A stretch of 64,000 nucleotides of DNA from a virus (IMGVR_UViG_3300010885_021377:16142-80141); one strand, 5' to 3'. Counted from the first letter of the stretch, positions 18,831 through 29,123 are shown. Program-made: numbers and translations. The notes: generated by a model not told the origin, from the letters alone.

Positions 18831-19104
18831 GCTTCTTTACTTTTATTCCTTGTGATGAATTTAAATATTTGGATATATATTTACTTTTTGATATAGTAGG
18901 ATCGTATTCTATAAAAAATTTAAACAAATCGTAATCGTTGTCTATAGACAATAAACATTTTAACAAATTTTTATAGGTCTCGTTTTTCAAAACTAATAAA
19001 AATATATTAGGTAAATTTAATTTTTTACCATTTATTATACATACTAAACTACAGAAACATAAAAAATTATGAGTATTTTCGTCTTTATCTATATCAGATT
19101 CCAT
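18754..19104 (-). CDS. Hypothetical protein
   Basis: 116-aa ORF; 3' end overlaps the next gene by 77 nt. Confidence 0.55.
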   Translation of the reverse strand: MESDIDKDENTHNFLCFCSLVCIINGKKLNLPNIFLLVLKNETYKNLLKCLLSIDNDYDLFKFFIEYDPTISKSKYISKYLNSSQGIKVKKHVYGFRKDHLQRVPKRVKKIKKPTV

Positions 19105-19136
19105 CTTTATACATTTATCGTAAATGAATAAAAAAT

Positions 19137-19823
19137 CTACTGTTGATATTCGTTTAAGAATTTTTCATTACTATCACTCCACATTTTATCATGTATGGAC
19201 AACAATCCCGGAGAACTGTGTATAACATGTATAGGATAAACTCCAATTTTCAGCTTTTCTCTATTAGCATCTATACAACTAGCTATATCATAATGATGGA
19301 ATGTATAATTTTCATTAAACTTCCAATTAGTTTTTGTTACCGTTGGGATATGTATTGATATAAACAATCCATCAGCTATTGCAACTCTTGATGGTGTTGG
19401 ACCAAATGGAGTTACCATATTTTGATTTACGTTTCCTGCTGGATGCGCTACCTGTCCCCTTTGCTGGTTTCTTTCTGTCATTATATGCCACAAGGCTGGA
19501 TTTGTCAATCTGGGATTCAGACCTCCTGCCAATCCTATAATATTATACCCTAATTTATAGCCTTGATTTAACTTTTCATAAAGTTTTAAATCATCTATAT
19601 ATACATCATCATGTACAAACACTATAAATTCTGCACCAGAGTTTTTATATTCCTCAATTTTTCTATTATATGCAACTGGTAAACCTTCTGTATTTTCCCA
19701 TATAATATCTAATTTATATGCCGGGGTATTCAATCCATCTTTCCAAGATCGATATAACGGCAATAGATTCGCTTCTATTTCTAATTTTCTGGTGCAAGAT
19801 ATAATTATTACTTTCGGTATCAT
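19137..19823 (-). CDS. GT-A fold glycosyltransferase (GT2-like)
   Basis: AYNRKI...FIVFVHDDVYI (DxD-like), ADGLFISI, FHHYDIASC. Confidence 0.75.
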   Translation of the reverse strand: MIPKVIIISCTRKLEIEANLLPLYRSWKDGLNTPAYKLDIIWENTEGLPVAYNRKIEEYKNSGAEFIVFVHDDVYIDDLKLYEKLNQGYKLGYNIIGLAGGLNPRLTNPALWHIMTERNQQRGQVAHPAGNVNQNMVTPFGPTPSRVAIADGLFISIHIPTVTKTNWKFNENYTFHHYDIASCIDANREKLKIGVYPIHVIHSSPGLLSIHDKMWSDSNEKFLNEYQQ

Positions 19824-19871
19824 TTAATTAAAATTTATATCAAATTCTCAAAAAATCAATAAATAATAATT

Positions 19872-20579
19872 ATGAGCATCTTAAACCGTCCGGGTTGGGC
19901 AAATCGCACCATTGTGAATGAAGGTAGATTACATTCTGATGAATTGAAACATAGAATTACCAATTTATTCCGTAGAACTTCTCTGGGGAATTCTCCTACT
20001 TATGCTGTTGGCAAAATTGCTGATATTCTAAGAAGAGAAAAGGGCGATGATATAGACATTAATGATATTGCCGATGAAGATATTATCCGTATCGCAAACG
20101 ACGAAGAAGTAACTAATGGAAAATTTCAACCAGAACTAAAAGGCGGAATTGCCGATGCTCGCCAAGAATCCGAAGATCAGATGTCAGGATTAGACTCTGG
20201 ACTGCCATCAGATCAAGATGTAGATGATCAGAATGAGGTAGATGATACTAACCCGAATAATGATGATGATCAATTATCATCTGATGATATGGGTGATATC
20301 GGCATTAATATTAAAGACGAAGAAGCGGAAGAACCTAATAACCACCAAGAAGAACAAGAGGAAGAACAAGACGAAGAACAAGAGGAACATGAATACCATT
20401 CACATAATTGTAGTAGATGTGAATCTCAGAGACCTCGAAATGAAATTCCAGTTAATAAAGTAATCAGAAAAGAAAATACAAAACTTTCCTCCAAAGCTGT
20501 AAATGAATTGTTGAAGGAAAATTATATTAAATCTCGACAACATCGATTTATAGTAGAAGAACGATACGGAAAGTTCTAA
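19872..20579 (+). CDS. Hypothetical acidic late protein
   Basis: TAAATA 6 nt upstream; long D/E-rich low-complexity tract. Confidence 0.65.
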   Translation: MSILNRPGWANRTIVNEGRLHSDELKHRITNLFRRTSLGNSPTYAVGKIADILRREKGDDIDINDIADEDIIRIANDEEVTNGKFQPELKGGIADARQESEDQMSGLDSGLPSDQDVDDQNEVDDTNPNNDDDQLSSDDMGDIGINIKDEEAEEPNNHQEEQEEEQDEEQEEHEYHSHNCSRCESQRPRNEIPVNKVIRKENTKLSSKAVNELLKENYIKSRQHRFIVEERYGKF

Positions 20580-20580
20580 T

Positions 20581-20604
20581 AAAAAAGCCCCCGGGGGCTT
20601 TTTT
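20581..20604. terminator. Bidirectional terminator between convergent genes
   Basis: AAAAAAGCCCCCGGGGGCTTTTTT, a perfect 24-bp palindrome with T-runs on both strands. Confidence 0.8.
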
Positions 20605-20605
20605 A

Positions 20606-20830
20606 TTAACCATGAAGTACAATACTTCGTTTATAATTTTCTTTCAATACTAATCCTTTTGCGATACTTAAAATTTCAGAAGGATTCATTGTTTCCCAAT
20701 TCATTATTCGAGTATCAGCATCTCCGACTTTTACTAAAAGTACATTACCATCAGCATGAACTGCAACATACTTTCCTTGCATTGCAAATTCAGTAAATAA
20801 TAATTTAGTTACACTGTTTATATCATTCAT
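20606..20830 (-). CDS. Hypothetical late protein
   Basis: 74 aa; TAAATA 6 nt upstream. Confidence 0.6.
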   Translation of the reverse strand: MNDINSVTKLLFTEFAMQGKYVAVHADGNVLLVKVGDADTRIMNWETMNPSEILSIAKGLVLKENYKRSIVLHG

Positions 20831-20842
20831 ATCTTTTATTTA

Positions 20843-21952
20843 CTATTCTATATCTTCTTTTTCTATTTCCTTTTCTAAATTAGCGATTTCTTTAGCTTGT
20901 TCATTAGAATATGCCCATTCAATTTTGATTTTATCTTCTAATAAAGGAATTATACCTTCCCATAATTTGGTATTACTTATAAATGACTTAGCATATCCTA
21001 GTTTTTCTCCATTAAATGAATACGTAGATCCAGTCTGTTCTATAATACCCAGTCCAACCGACAATTCTAGTAATCCGTGATATTTATCAGCTCCGCCTGC
21101 AAACGAAACGTATATCTCCCCTTCTAGATATTGTTTAATAAACCTATTTTTTGCTGTCAATGCACGAATTATAATCCCCACATAATTTCTCTGGGAGACC
21201 GCAAGACCCCCCGTTTCGGATTTTACGACATCTTCCTTTACTGGCTTACGCATCAACTGTACTGAAACTGATGGCAAATATACGCAAGCTTTACCACCGG
21301 GCATATTCTTAACCAAGGTAGGATGAAGATCTCCCGGATTATCATATAAATGATTTGTTATAATAATTGCAGTTTTAGTTTGTGCTGATAATTGAGTGCA
21401 AGTTCTCAGTAATGATTTAATTGCTCTAGCTCTAGTGCCCATATCTATACTAGATGAATCTTTTTCTATTCTAGCAGTTTCCAATGCGCTCTCCAAATTT
21501 CCTATGGAATCAATAGCTATAATAAATCTCCCTTCTAATCCCTTCTCTTTTACATTTGTAAGAAACTTATGAAGACTGTTTCTGCATTGTTCTATACTAA
21601 ATATAGGAACATGCATAATTTTGGCAGTATCTAATCCTAGACGTTCTGCTCCTTCCGGATCTATAGCATTTTCAGAATCGAATATTACTGGTATTACTCC
21701 ATTATTTTGAGCATTCGCCAGAATCTTTTGTACTATAGACGATTTATATGTCATACTCTCTCCGTAAAACATCGTAAGGCGACCACTCGGTACTCCGCCA
21801 TTTCTCATCTTTCCACTGATTATAGCATCCAATACATAACTACCAGTACTAAACCATTTATCCACTCTACTCAATGTTGAATTTTTAAGAAATGCTGCGT
21901 ATGGGTTACCTTCTTCTAAAATCTCTAGTGCTTTGACAATATCTTTATCCAT
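20843..21952 (-). CDS. uvsX: RecA-like recombinase (UvsX)
   Basis: STGSYVLDAIISG, Walker A variant GESMTYKS, FDSENA, IDSIGNL, NHLY, PGGKA. Confidence 0.92.
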   Translation of the reverse strand: MDKDIVKALEILEEGNPYAAFLKNSTLSRVDKWFSTGSYVLDAIISGKMRNGGVPSGRLTMFYGESMTYKSSIVQKILANAQNNGVIPVIFDSENAIDPEGAERLGLDTAKIMHVPIFSIEQCRNSLHKFLTNVKEKGLEGRFIIAIDSIGNLESALETARIEKDSSSIDMGTRARAIKSLLRTCTQLSAQTKTAIIITNHLYDNPGDLHPTLVKNMPGGKACVYLPSVSVQLMRKPVKEDVVKSETGGLAVSQRNYVGIIIRALTAKNRFIKQYLEGEIYVSFAGGADKYHGLLELSVGLGIIEQTGSTYSFNGEKLGYAKSFISNTKLWEGIIPLLEDKIKIEWAYSNEQAKEIANLEKEIEKEDIE

Positions 21953-21957
21953 AATTA

Positions 21958-21985
21958 ATTATATCACATTCTTTATAAGAATCAA
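21958..21985 (-). promoter_or_regulatory. Sigma70-type promoter TTGATT-16-TATAAT with extended TG
   Basis: -10 ends 5 nt before the uvsX ATG. Confidence 0.75.
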
Positions 21986-21986
21986 C

Positions 21987-22017
21987 AAAAAAACCCCTGC
22001 ATAACAGGGGTTTTTTT
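21987..22017. terminator. Rho-independent terminator
   Basis: AAAAAAACCCCTG-CATAA-CAGGGGTTTTTTT. Confidence 0.85.
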
Positions 22018-22037
22018 ACTTCTAATTATACCAAAAT

Positions 22038-22388
22038 CTATTCATCAAATAGTTTTACCACATTTTCACTATCTGGCTGTGTAGTTTCCGTAACAGGTTG
22101 ATTAGAAGCTACTCTAACATACTGTTCCAGTAATCGACCATCAATATTCACAGTACCAATGGTGATTTGATTTAAATTAAAATTCCAAGTACTTCCTTCG
22201 GTTCGAGTGGATGAATCTATAAATTCTGCAAAGAATAAAGGAATCAACTGTACTTGAAGTTGACCGTTTTGTGCCTGTGCGACATTAATCATTGCAGGAT
22301 TTTTAACAGAAATTGTGGAATCTGTTCTTGCCAGTTCTTCTCCCATAATATTCCGTCCGATAGAATCAATAAATGTGATAGTATTCAT
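22038..22388 (-). CDS. Hypothetical protein, possibly Sm-like fold
   Basis: MNTITFIDSIGRNIMGE...VKNPAMINV resembles small beta-barrel proteins of T4-like phages; track start 22427. Confidence 0.55.
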   Translation of the reverse strand: MNTITFIDSIGRNIMGEELARTDSTISVKNPAMINVAQAQNGQLQVQLIPLFFAEFIDSSTRTEGSTWNFNLNQITIGTVNIDGRLLEQYVRVASNQPVTETTQPDSENVVKLFDE

Positions 22389-22423
22389 ATTGAGATAATA
22401 TTTTAACACATATTTATAAAATA

Positions 22424-24985
22424 TCAACTAAAAAGATCCTCTAAAGTACATCTTAATTGTTCGGTTGGCTTTCTGGGCACCCATTTCATTATATTATAGA
22501 ATCGTTCTACACACAAATACATATCCTTCTCAAACATTTTATACATATCAGGTTTTAATATAGAATTAAATTCACTAGGATATCTATTTTTAAATCCTAT
22601 AGCTTCTATTCCGTATTTATTTGGAGTCTCTACGTAGAAATATTTTAATTTATCCCCACTGACAATCTTTTCGTATTTTTTATTTAATTGTAATTTATCT
22701 AATAACAAATTATAATAGTATGCACATTTTACATGTCCGGGCATTCCTTTGCATGTATGAAATTCGTCTGATAGTGCTTCATATTTTTCTAAATTTCTAA
22801 TACCTTTTACTACCGATATTTCGGTTACATCCATATTTAAAAACTTATTATAAGATTCTTTAAATATCTGATTAGTACTTTCTTCTGATTTTGTTAATAT
22901 AATGTTTTGAATTATTTTTTTTACATAAGGTTTAACCGCTTTTGGCATTGTAGTGCTTACTACTTCGACCCCAGTATATTTCCAAGTATCACATTGCTTT
23001 CCTTCTTTGTCTAATACATGCAAGACATATCTTTTCTTTTCGAGGAAGATTCCCGCATCACAAATGTTTTCTCTTTTGAATTCAAATCTACAATCATTAG
23101 TATTTAAAGTTCTAGCAGCCCATTTTTGGATATGTTCGTTTATATATTTTTGTAGTTTTTCTACAACTATATAAACTTCATTAGATAGTTTGCCATTTTC
23201 GTAAAAATTACTAATCAATTGATCTATTGATACATACATACTATCTGTATCTCCTGCGATCAAACCCTTTTCTAGCTGTATAGGATCAGTTATTCCAGTT
23301 TCTTGTTTAACAAATCTTTTAAATATTTCTCTAGATTCTTTAATTACTGCCTGTCCGGTTAAAGTTATAGACTCTGCAATATCCGTATCTGCAATCGAAC
23401 AATATTCATTCGCACATGCTCCATATACACTATTAATAAAAATTTTTATGGATTGTTGTTTAGTATCTAGCTGTGTTATTTTTATTTCAGCTTGTTCTTT
23501 TTCCTTTTCATTTAATTTTGATATATTAGATTCTATCTTTTTAATTTCTGATCTAATATTAACTCTCTTTTTATAATATTGATCTACCAAATCTGCTAGA
23601 ATTCCTCTCTTCTTCTGGGAAAATAATACTTTAGATCTTGATATTGCTATCTTTTCTTTTTTAATGTACTTATTAAAGTCCGAAATATTAAAATCGACTA
23701 TTACTCCATCTACATTTCTAATTGAAACCTTACCATTATTAATTTCTATAATTTTTCCTACTTTAGTTTCAGGAGATGCATTTAACGTAATCATCGTATT
23801 AGGATACAACGAATTCGCATCAAAACTAACTATTGATGTATGATGCCCCGGAACTGGATGGAATACAAACCCACCTTCAAATTCTCTTTGTTCTCCATCT
23901 TCTACTACAAATGTACAAAGTCTTTGATTACGTTTCCTAGCTTCTATTCCTGCTGCCCCTGTTACAACGCCCACAGTGCCCAATGCTGACTCAAATGTAG
24001 TACAACCGGTATATGACAGCATTCTTAATAACTGAATGTACTGTAGACGTTTTTCTAGATTTACTAACAGTCTAACATCTTGTATGTTATAATCTACAAA
24101 TGTCTTCCAATCGCTAGACATTAATTCAAACAAGCTTTGGTCTCCGAAATCTACTTTAGTCTCATCTAATTCTACCTGTCCTATATAATCAAGTTTATAA
24201 CTTTCTCTGTTTACTGGACAAAATTTCTTGTAAATGTCCATATAATCTACACATGATATACCATCTATTCTATGTACGATCTCCTTTTTCCCAAATTTTC
24301 CATTAAATAATTTGGTATATCTTCTTCCGTGTGGTGATATTGTATCAGTTTCGTCTTTGCCTAAAATTCTTTCTAGTCTATTTATGATATATGGTACATC
24401 GTATCTATCACTAGCCCATCCAGATAGAATATCAGGAGGATCAATCTTCATAAAATCTAAAAATTTCTGTAATAAAATATATTCGGATTTACAATAATAA
24501 TATATTACATCATCACTATCAGGATTATATGGATGAGTTCCCCATACATGATAAATTTTTGTGAGAGAATCGAATACTGTAATTACATTAATTTCGTCTG
24601 CTGGGTCATGCGGTGAAGAAAATCCATTTTCTCCAACAGCTTCGATATCCACGAAATATATTTTTAACGGAAATTGCGTAAATTCTTCGCTATCATTATA
24701 ATTCCAGTACATATCAATTAATGATTGCTGTATTGGATTATAATTATCAAATACTCTTTTGAGTCCTCGTTCTTTTAAGAATTTAGTTCTATCAAAAACA
24801 TTCCCAAAATGCTTTTTTCTTAAATTTGTATTGAATATACTAACATCTAGACCACCATTATCTTCATAATAAAAATATGGAAGACATTCAACGGAAGTTA
24901 CCATCCGTTTTCCGTCATTATCCCAAGTGTATATATCTACAACTCGTTCTTTATAATTGTAAATTGCATTACGATATCCTACCAT
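22424..24985 (-). CDS. gp43: Family B DNA polymerase (T4 gp43-like)
   Basis: Exo motifs FVDIE and YNIQD; pol motifs SFDANSLYP, KIFINSVYG, GDTDSMY, KKRY; no intein-sized insertion. Confidence 0.97.
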   Translation of the reverse strand: MVGYRNAIYNYKERVVDIYTWDNDGKRMVTSVECLPYFYYEDNGGLDVSIFNTNLRKKHFGNVFDRTKFLKERGLKRVFDNYNPIQQSLIDMYWNYNDSEEFTQFPLKIYFVDIEAVGENGFSSPHDPADEINVITVFDSLTKIYHVWGTHPYNPDSDDVIYYYCKSEYILLQKFLDFMKIDPPDILSGWASDRYDVPYIINRLERILGKDETDTISPHGRRYTKLFNGKFGKKEIVHRIDGISCVDYMDIYKKFCPVNRESYKLDYIGQVELDETKVDFGDQSLFELMSSDWKTFVDYNIQDVRLLVNLEKRLQYIQLLRMLSYTGCTTFESALGTVGVVTGAAGIEARKRNQRLCTFVVEDGEQREFEGGFVFHPVPGHHTSIVSFDANSLYPNTMITLNASPETKVGKIIEINNGKVSIRNVDGVIVDFNISDFNKYIKKEKIAISRSKVLFSQKKRGILADLVDQYYKKRVNIRSEIKKIESNISKLNEKEKEQAEIKITQLDTKQQSIKIFINSVYGACANEYCSIADTDIAESITLTGQAVIKESREIFKRFVKQETGITDPIQLEKGLIAGDTDSMYVSIDQLISNFYENGKLSNEVYIVVEKLQKYINEHIQKWAARTLNTNDCRFEFKRENICDAGIFLEKKRYVLHVLDKEGKQCDTWKYTGVEVVSTTMPKAVKPYVKKIIQNIILTKSEESTNQIFKESYNKFLNMDVTEISVVKGIRNLEKYEALSDEFHTCKGMPGHVKCAYYYNLLLDKLQLNKKYEKIVSGDKLKYFYVETPNKYGIEAIGFKNRYPSEFNSILKPDMYKMFEKDMYLCVERFYNIMKWVPRKPTEQLRCTLEDLFS

Positions 24986-24991
24986 AAGGAT

Positions 24992-25020
24992 ATCATAACA
25001 CAGATTTATCTACAAATCAA
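24992..25020 (-). promoter_or_regulatory. Sigma70-type promoter TTGATT-17-TATGAT
   Basis: -10 ends 6 nt before the gp43 ATG; -35 overlaps the upstream stop codon. Confidence 0.75.
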
Positions 25021-26228
25021 GGATTGTATCGTTTCAGATTGACTCTTTCCTTGGCTCCATAAGGAGTTAAAAATAATTCTTGATAACAACCCAAGTTTCT
25101 ATCCAATTCTAAAAATCTATCTTCTGCAACTCTTCTACGTTTATATGAACTATTCTTATAGTGTCCTGCTCTACTAAGTTCATATTCCATCTTATAAAGC
25201 ATTTCTTCGCCAGATTTGAATTTAATGTCAGCATCTTTATATGTACACATATCCTGACATGCTACTGGTAATCCATAGGAACATGCTTCGATATATTTCA
25301 AATCACTCTTTGCTCTATTGAAAGAATTATCTTGCAATGGTGCCACCATCATCTGTACCCCCAAATCATATATTTTTTGTGGATAGTCATACAATCTTTG
25401 CCATTGATGAAATTCTATCTCTCCTCTTTCAATATATGGTCTAATAGGCGGTGGGAATGCACCCAAAAATACCCATTGATATTTATGTCTACTATCAATT
25501 ATCGCTTTGATGACATGTTCAAAATCATCCTTCTGACCCACTCGATTTTCGACATCAAAATGAGCACCACTACCAGCATAAAGGACACGAGGCTTCTTTT
25601 TATTCTTATCATATAGATCATTTATTCTATTTGGATTAAAATGGTTTCCTATCCAAAATTTAGCAGGAAAATTTGGGATTACCGTGATTTCTTGTTTTCC
25701 TGTGCGTAATCTATATAAATCCTTCATATAATCACATGTTACACTAACTTCGTCACATAGATTTATAATATCTGTTACATTATTTCGGATTTCATCTGAC
25801 GTAAATGCAGTTTTAAATTTGTTATAATCTGGGATATCTTCTCTGAAGACCACATCATCCACTTCATAAATAATTTTAAAACCAATTTGCTTTTGAACGT
25901 CTTTCAAAAATTTTACAAATTCTAATTGAGCAGAAGTTGCTTGACGTTGCAGACGGATAGCCTTTACATTTACATACCAACGAGGATCTAATACCATTAC
26001 CGTGGTATCAGTTACCATCATATGTCCTTGATAATTCAATAAATGACTTGCCCATCCTAGACGGTATAGCCCACATCCACTAAGATCTGCCCCGAATTGT
26101 ATAACCCTTGGGAGGTGTGTTTCTGATGGTGATTCTATCTTTGGTGCTTCTTCTTGCTTTTTTGCCGTAGGCGGTAACAGCGGAGAAAATTGCTGAAATG
26201 GTCTAGTTGGAGTAAATGGTGTTATCAT
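25017..26228 (-). CDS. Glycosyltransferase (GT-B/GT4-like)
   Basis: ADLSGCGLYRL, IIYEVDDVVF, C-terminal APLQDNSFNRAKSDLKYIEACSYGLPV (K-x2-E-x4-G-x-P). Confidence 0.75.
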   Translation of the reverse strand: MITPFTPTRPFQQFSPLLPPTAKKQEEAPKIESPSETHLPRVIQFGADLSGCGLYRLGWASHLLNYQGHMMVTDTTVMVLDPRWYVNVKAIRLQRQATSAQLEFVKFLKDVQKQIGFKIIYEVDDVVFREDIPDYNKFKTAFTSDEIRNNVTDIINLCDEVSVTCDYMKDLYRLRTGKQEITVIPNFPAKFWIGNHFNPNRINDLYDKNKKKPRVLYAGSGAHFDVENRVGQKDDFEHVIKAIIDSRHKYQWVFLGAFPPPIRPYIERGEIEFHQWQRLYDYPQKIYDLGVQMMVAPLQDNSFNRAKSDLKYIEACSYGLPVACQDMCTYKDADIKFKSGEEMLYKMEYELSRAGHYKNSSYKRRRVAEDRFLELDRNLGCYQELFLTPYGAKERVNLKRYNP

Positions 26229-26259
26229 TTACTATCATTTATTTTATTTCTATAAAATG

Positions 26260-28068
26260 TCAAGCAAATGGATTGTAGTCTATTTTAGTAGTAATTCCAT
26301 CCTTTTTTTCTAGAAAAATCACATCTCCAGATGCTGCATTTATACTATCTTTTCTGTGTGAAATTACTAATACACATTCATCGTATTTATCGACTCTTTC
26401 TTTTATAACTTTCGTAACCAATTCCACACCCTTTTGATCCAAACAACTATCAAATAGTTCATCGTAAATACTAATATTGTATGTTACATTCCCTTGTATT
26501 CTCCTCATATCCATGAATGTGAATAAACAGGAAAAATCAATACTTTTTCGTTCTGCTCCGGAAAAGTTGAAATATGAACATAACTTATTCTTTTCGTTGA
26601 TAATTTCTTCTTCAAAATATTCATTGAAATTACACACGCAATTAGCATCTAACAAAGAAAGATAATAACGAATCCTTTCGTTAAACATTAATAATATCTT
26701 TTTTACAATATATGATTTAACCCCTTCTTCGGATACTATGAATTTAATAGTATCCATTAAATTAAGATTAAATCTACATTTATTAACATTCGTCCTCAAT
26801 TCTTCTAAAATAATAATCTGTTTTTCTATATAAGGATCAGATTCTGTAGTGTTAGAACGCAATTCTTGTATATCCTCCTCCAATTGTTTAAGCCAACTCT
26901 CTAGTTGAGTTATTCTATCCTTAATATTTTTTCGATTCTGCTCGTCCAAAGCCAAATCATTAACTTTTTTAGAAAATTTTTCTATAGCCAAATCTAAATT
27001 TTTTTTATTTTTTCTTCCATCCTCTATTTTAGTTACAATTTCTTTTAGGTTAATTTTTTCGTTATTAATATTAGTTTTTAATGTATCTATTTCATTTTTA
27101 ATCGTAGTTTTATCATGCTCTAAAATAGAACGCAAACATACTGGACATGTATCTTCTGGGGTTCCAATTTTACTTAACCTATTCTCTTGGTGAGTTATTT
27201 CAGATGCTAATTTGAACTTGTCTTCGTTTAATTTGAGTATATATTTTTCTTTATTGTCTCGTTCTCTTTTTAAACTTTTAATATTATTTTTTAATTCTTC
27301 GATATTCAGGATAATAACATCACCCAGTTCTTTCAGAAGAATATTCTTCTCTTTTATATTATTGTCTTTTCTCTGTTCGTATGTCGAAATTTTGTTCTTT
27401 TTATTGGATATAATAGTTTCTCTTTGTAGATTTAAATTTCTTAGAGTTTTATCTCCATCTTCCATCTTAGTAAGTTCGATTTCGTATTCTCTCTTATATT
27501 CTGTAGTATCTTCTTTTAGTTTATAAACCATCTTACTGAATACATCTAAATCGAAAATGTTTTCTATAAATTTTTTCTTATCAGCATTAGATTTAGCCAT
27601 AAACGGAATTGTGTTATTAAGAGTCATAATAACACAATTCTCAAATATACTTGGAGTGGCATGCAGAATCTCATGTATCTGAGATTCAGTATTTTTGATG
27701 GAATCTCTGGTTATGTCATTCCCATTCTGATAAAAATGTAATTTAGAAGGATTTAATGTTCTATGAATTTTATATGTATCCGTAATATTATTAGAAGATA
27801 CTTCGAAGTCCAGTATTACTTCACATACTCCATTTGTAAATGTATTTGGTATCAAATCCTTTTTAAGATCTCTAATCGTTGTTCCAAATATTGAAAAATA
27901 CAAAGATTCCATCATTGCCGATTTTCCTAACCCATTTTGTCTATCTGACTTATCTCTATTGATCCCTGTTATAATATGTAATCCCGGTTTGAATTCTAAA
28001 ACAACTGGAATTTCCCCAAATGATAGGAAATTTTTTATGCTTATTTTTTTAAAATTTATTTTTTTCAT
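26260..28068 (-). CDS. gp46: SMC-like recombination endonuclease subunit (gp46/SbcC/Rad50)
   Basis: KNFLSFG, Walker A QNGLGKS, CPVC zinc hook, FSGAERK signature, YDELFD, ISH. Confidence 0.95.
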   Translation of the reverse strand: MKKINFKKISIKNFLSFGEIPVVLEFKPGLHIITGINRDKSDRQNGLGKSAMMESLYFSIFGTTIRDLKKDLIPNTFTNGVCEVILDFEVSSNNITDTYKIHRTLNPSKLHFYQNGNDITRDSIKNTESQIHEILHATPSIFENCVIMTLNNTIPFMAKSNADKKKFIENIFDLDVFSKMVYKLKEDTTEYKREYEIELTKMEDGDKTLRNLNLQRETIISNKKNKISTYEQRKDNNIKEKNILLKELGDVIILNIEELKNNIKSLKRERDNKEKYILKLNEDKFKLASEITHQENRLSKIGTPEDTCPVCLRSILEHDKTTIKNEIDTLKTNINNEKINLKEIVTKIEDGRKNKKNLDLAIEKFSKKVNDLALDEQNRKNIKDRITQLESWLKQLEEDIQELRSNTTESDPYIEKQIIILEELRTNVNKCRFNLNLMDTIKFIVSEEGVKSYIVKKILLMFNERIRYYLSLLDANCVCNFNEYFEEEIINEKNKLCSYFNFSGAERKSIDFSCLFTFMDMRRIQGNVTYNISIYDELFDSCLDQKGVELVTKVIKERVDKYDECVLVISHRKDSINAASGDVIFLEKKDGITTKIDYNPFA

Positions 28069-29117
28069 TTTGAACTCCTTTGATATAATTCTATTGTATA
28101 ATCGATCAAATCCTTTTTATTATTCGCATCCATCAACTCTATAAACTCTATGATTGCTTGTTGAATATTGATACCCGAAAAATCCTTACGTTGTTCCTCT
28201 AAATCATACTCCGAAAAATTAGATTGGTATTCAATATTGAATACCGAAGGATTCAAACTTTTATATATATCCAATATGAATTCTATATCTTCGTGTGTAG
28301 TTCTTCGATCTACTTTAAGTTTTATCAAATTATTTAAAAATATATCTTTGATATTTTTTGTTATCGTTTTTTCCGCCATTAAATCTGATAACAATAAATT
28401 GTAATGCTTTGGTGACGTTACGTTTTCCGTAAAAACCATTTCCCCGGTTATTACATTTAATATATAATAGCCTTTAGAGGTTCCTGCATCATTAAAATCC
28501 ATCTGGAATGGATTCCCTACATAAATGATTTTGCCACCATTGGTATAATTTCTCTCATCTCTTAAATGAAAATGTCCTGAAATAATAAGAGGTGATTTTT
28601 CTACAAAGCATTCATCTTCTATGCCATCATGGCATATGGCAAAAGTATTCATTTTGTAATAATTAATTTCAAAATGACCAAAAGTTATATCTGATTTTGG
28701 AATTTCTTGGTATTTTATTCCCCACGGAACAAAATTAATTTTTTTGTCAAAAGATTCTGTCGTTAGTAGCTTGTCTACTATCTTAATATTGGGCCAATTT
28801 GTATACGGAGATATAGAATTGACTTCTGAACTATCCTTCAGGAAACAATCATGGTTTCCTACTAACATAGTAACATTAAATTCCTTGAATAGTTCTAATA
28901 CTTTAGTTCCAAAATGTAGTGTATCTACGGACACTTCATCTCTAGTATGAAAGTAATCACCACAAAACACTACATCTTTAATACCTTTAGATTTTATATC
29001 TTTTACGAACCATTTTGCCCATTCCCATGTAACATCATGCCAAAACTTAGAGTTTTTCTGTAGACCTATATGTATATCCGAAAATATAGCTACTTTGGGA
29101 TTTTTAAAATACGACAT
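28065..29117 (-). CDS. gp47: Mre11/SbcD-like nuclease (gp47)
   Basis: SDIHIG, GDYFH, GNHD, FGHFE, SGHFH motifs; start MSYFK chosen from promoter spacing (track start 29132). Confidence 0.93.
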   Translation of the reverse strand: MSYFKNPKVAIFSDIHIGLQKNSKFWHDVTWEWAKWFVKDIKSKGIKDVVFCGDYFHTRDEVSVDTLHFGTKVLELFKEFNVTMLVGNHDCFLKDSSEVNSISPYTNWPNIKIVDKLLTTESFDKKINFVPWGIKYQEIPKSDITFGHFEINYYKMNTFAICHDGIEDECFVEKSPLIISGHFHLRDERNYTNGGKIIYVGNPFQMDFNDAGTSKGYYILNVITGEMVFTENVTSPKHYNLLLSDLMAEKTITKNIKDIFLNNLIKLKVDRRTTHEDIEFILDIYKSLNPSVFNIEYQSNFSEYDLEEQRKDFSGINIQQAIIEFIELMDANNKKDLIDYTIELYQRSSK

Positions 29118-29123
29118 CTCTGT

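Noticed and set aside
22424-24985. Intein or group I intron in polymerase, UvsX, primase or gp23
   Set aside because: Lengths are normal and motifs are contiguous; no splice-junction or LAGLIDADG signature seen.
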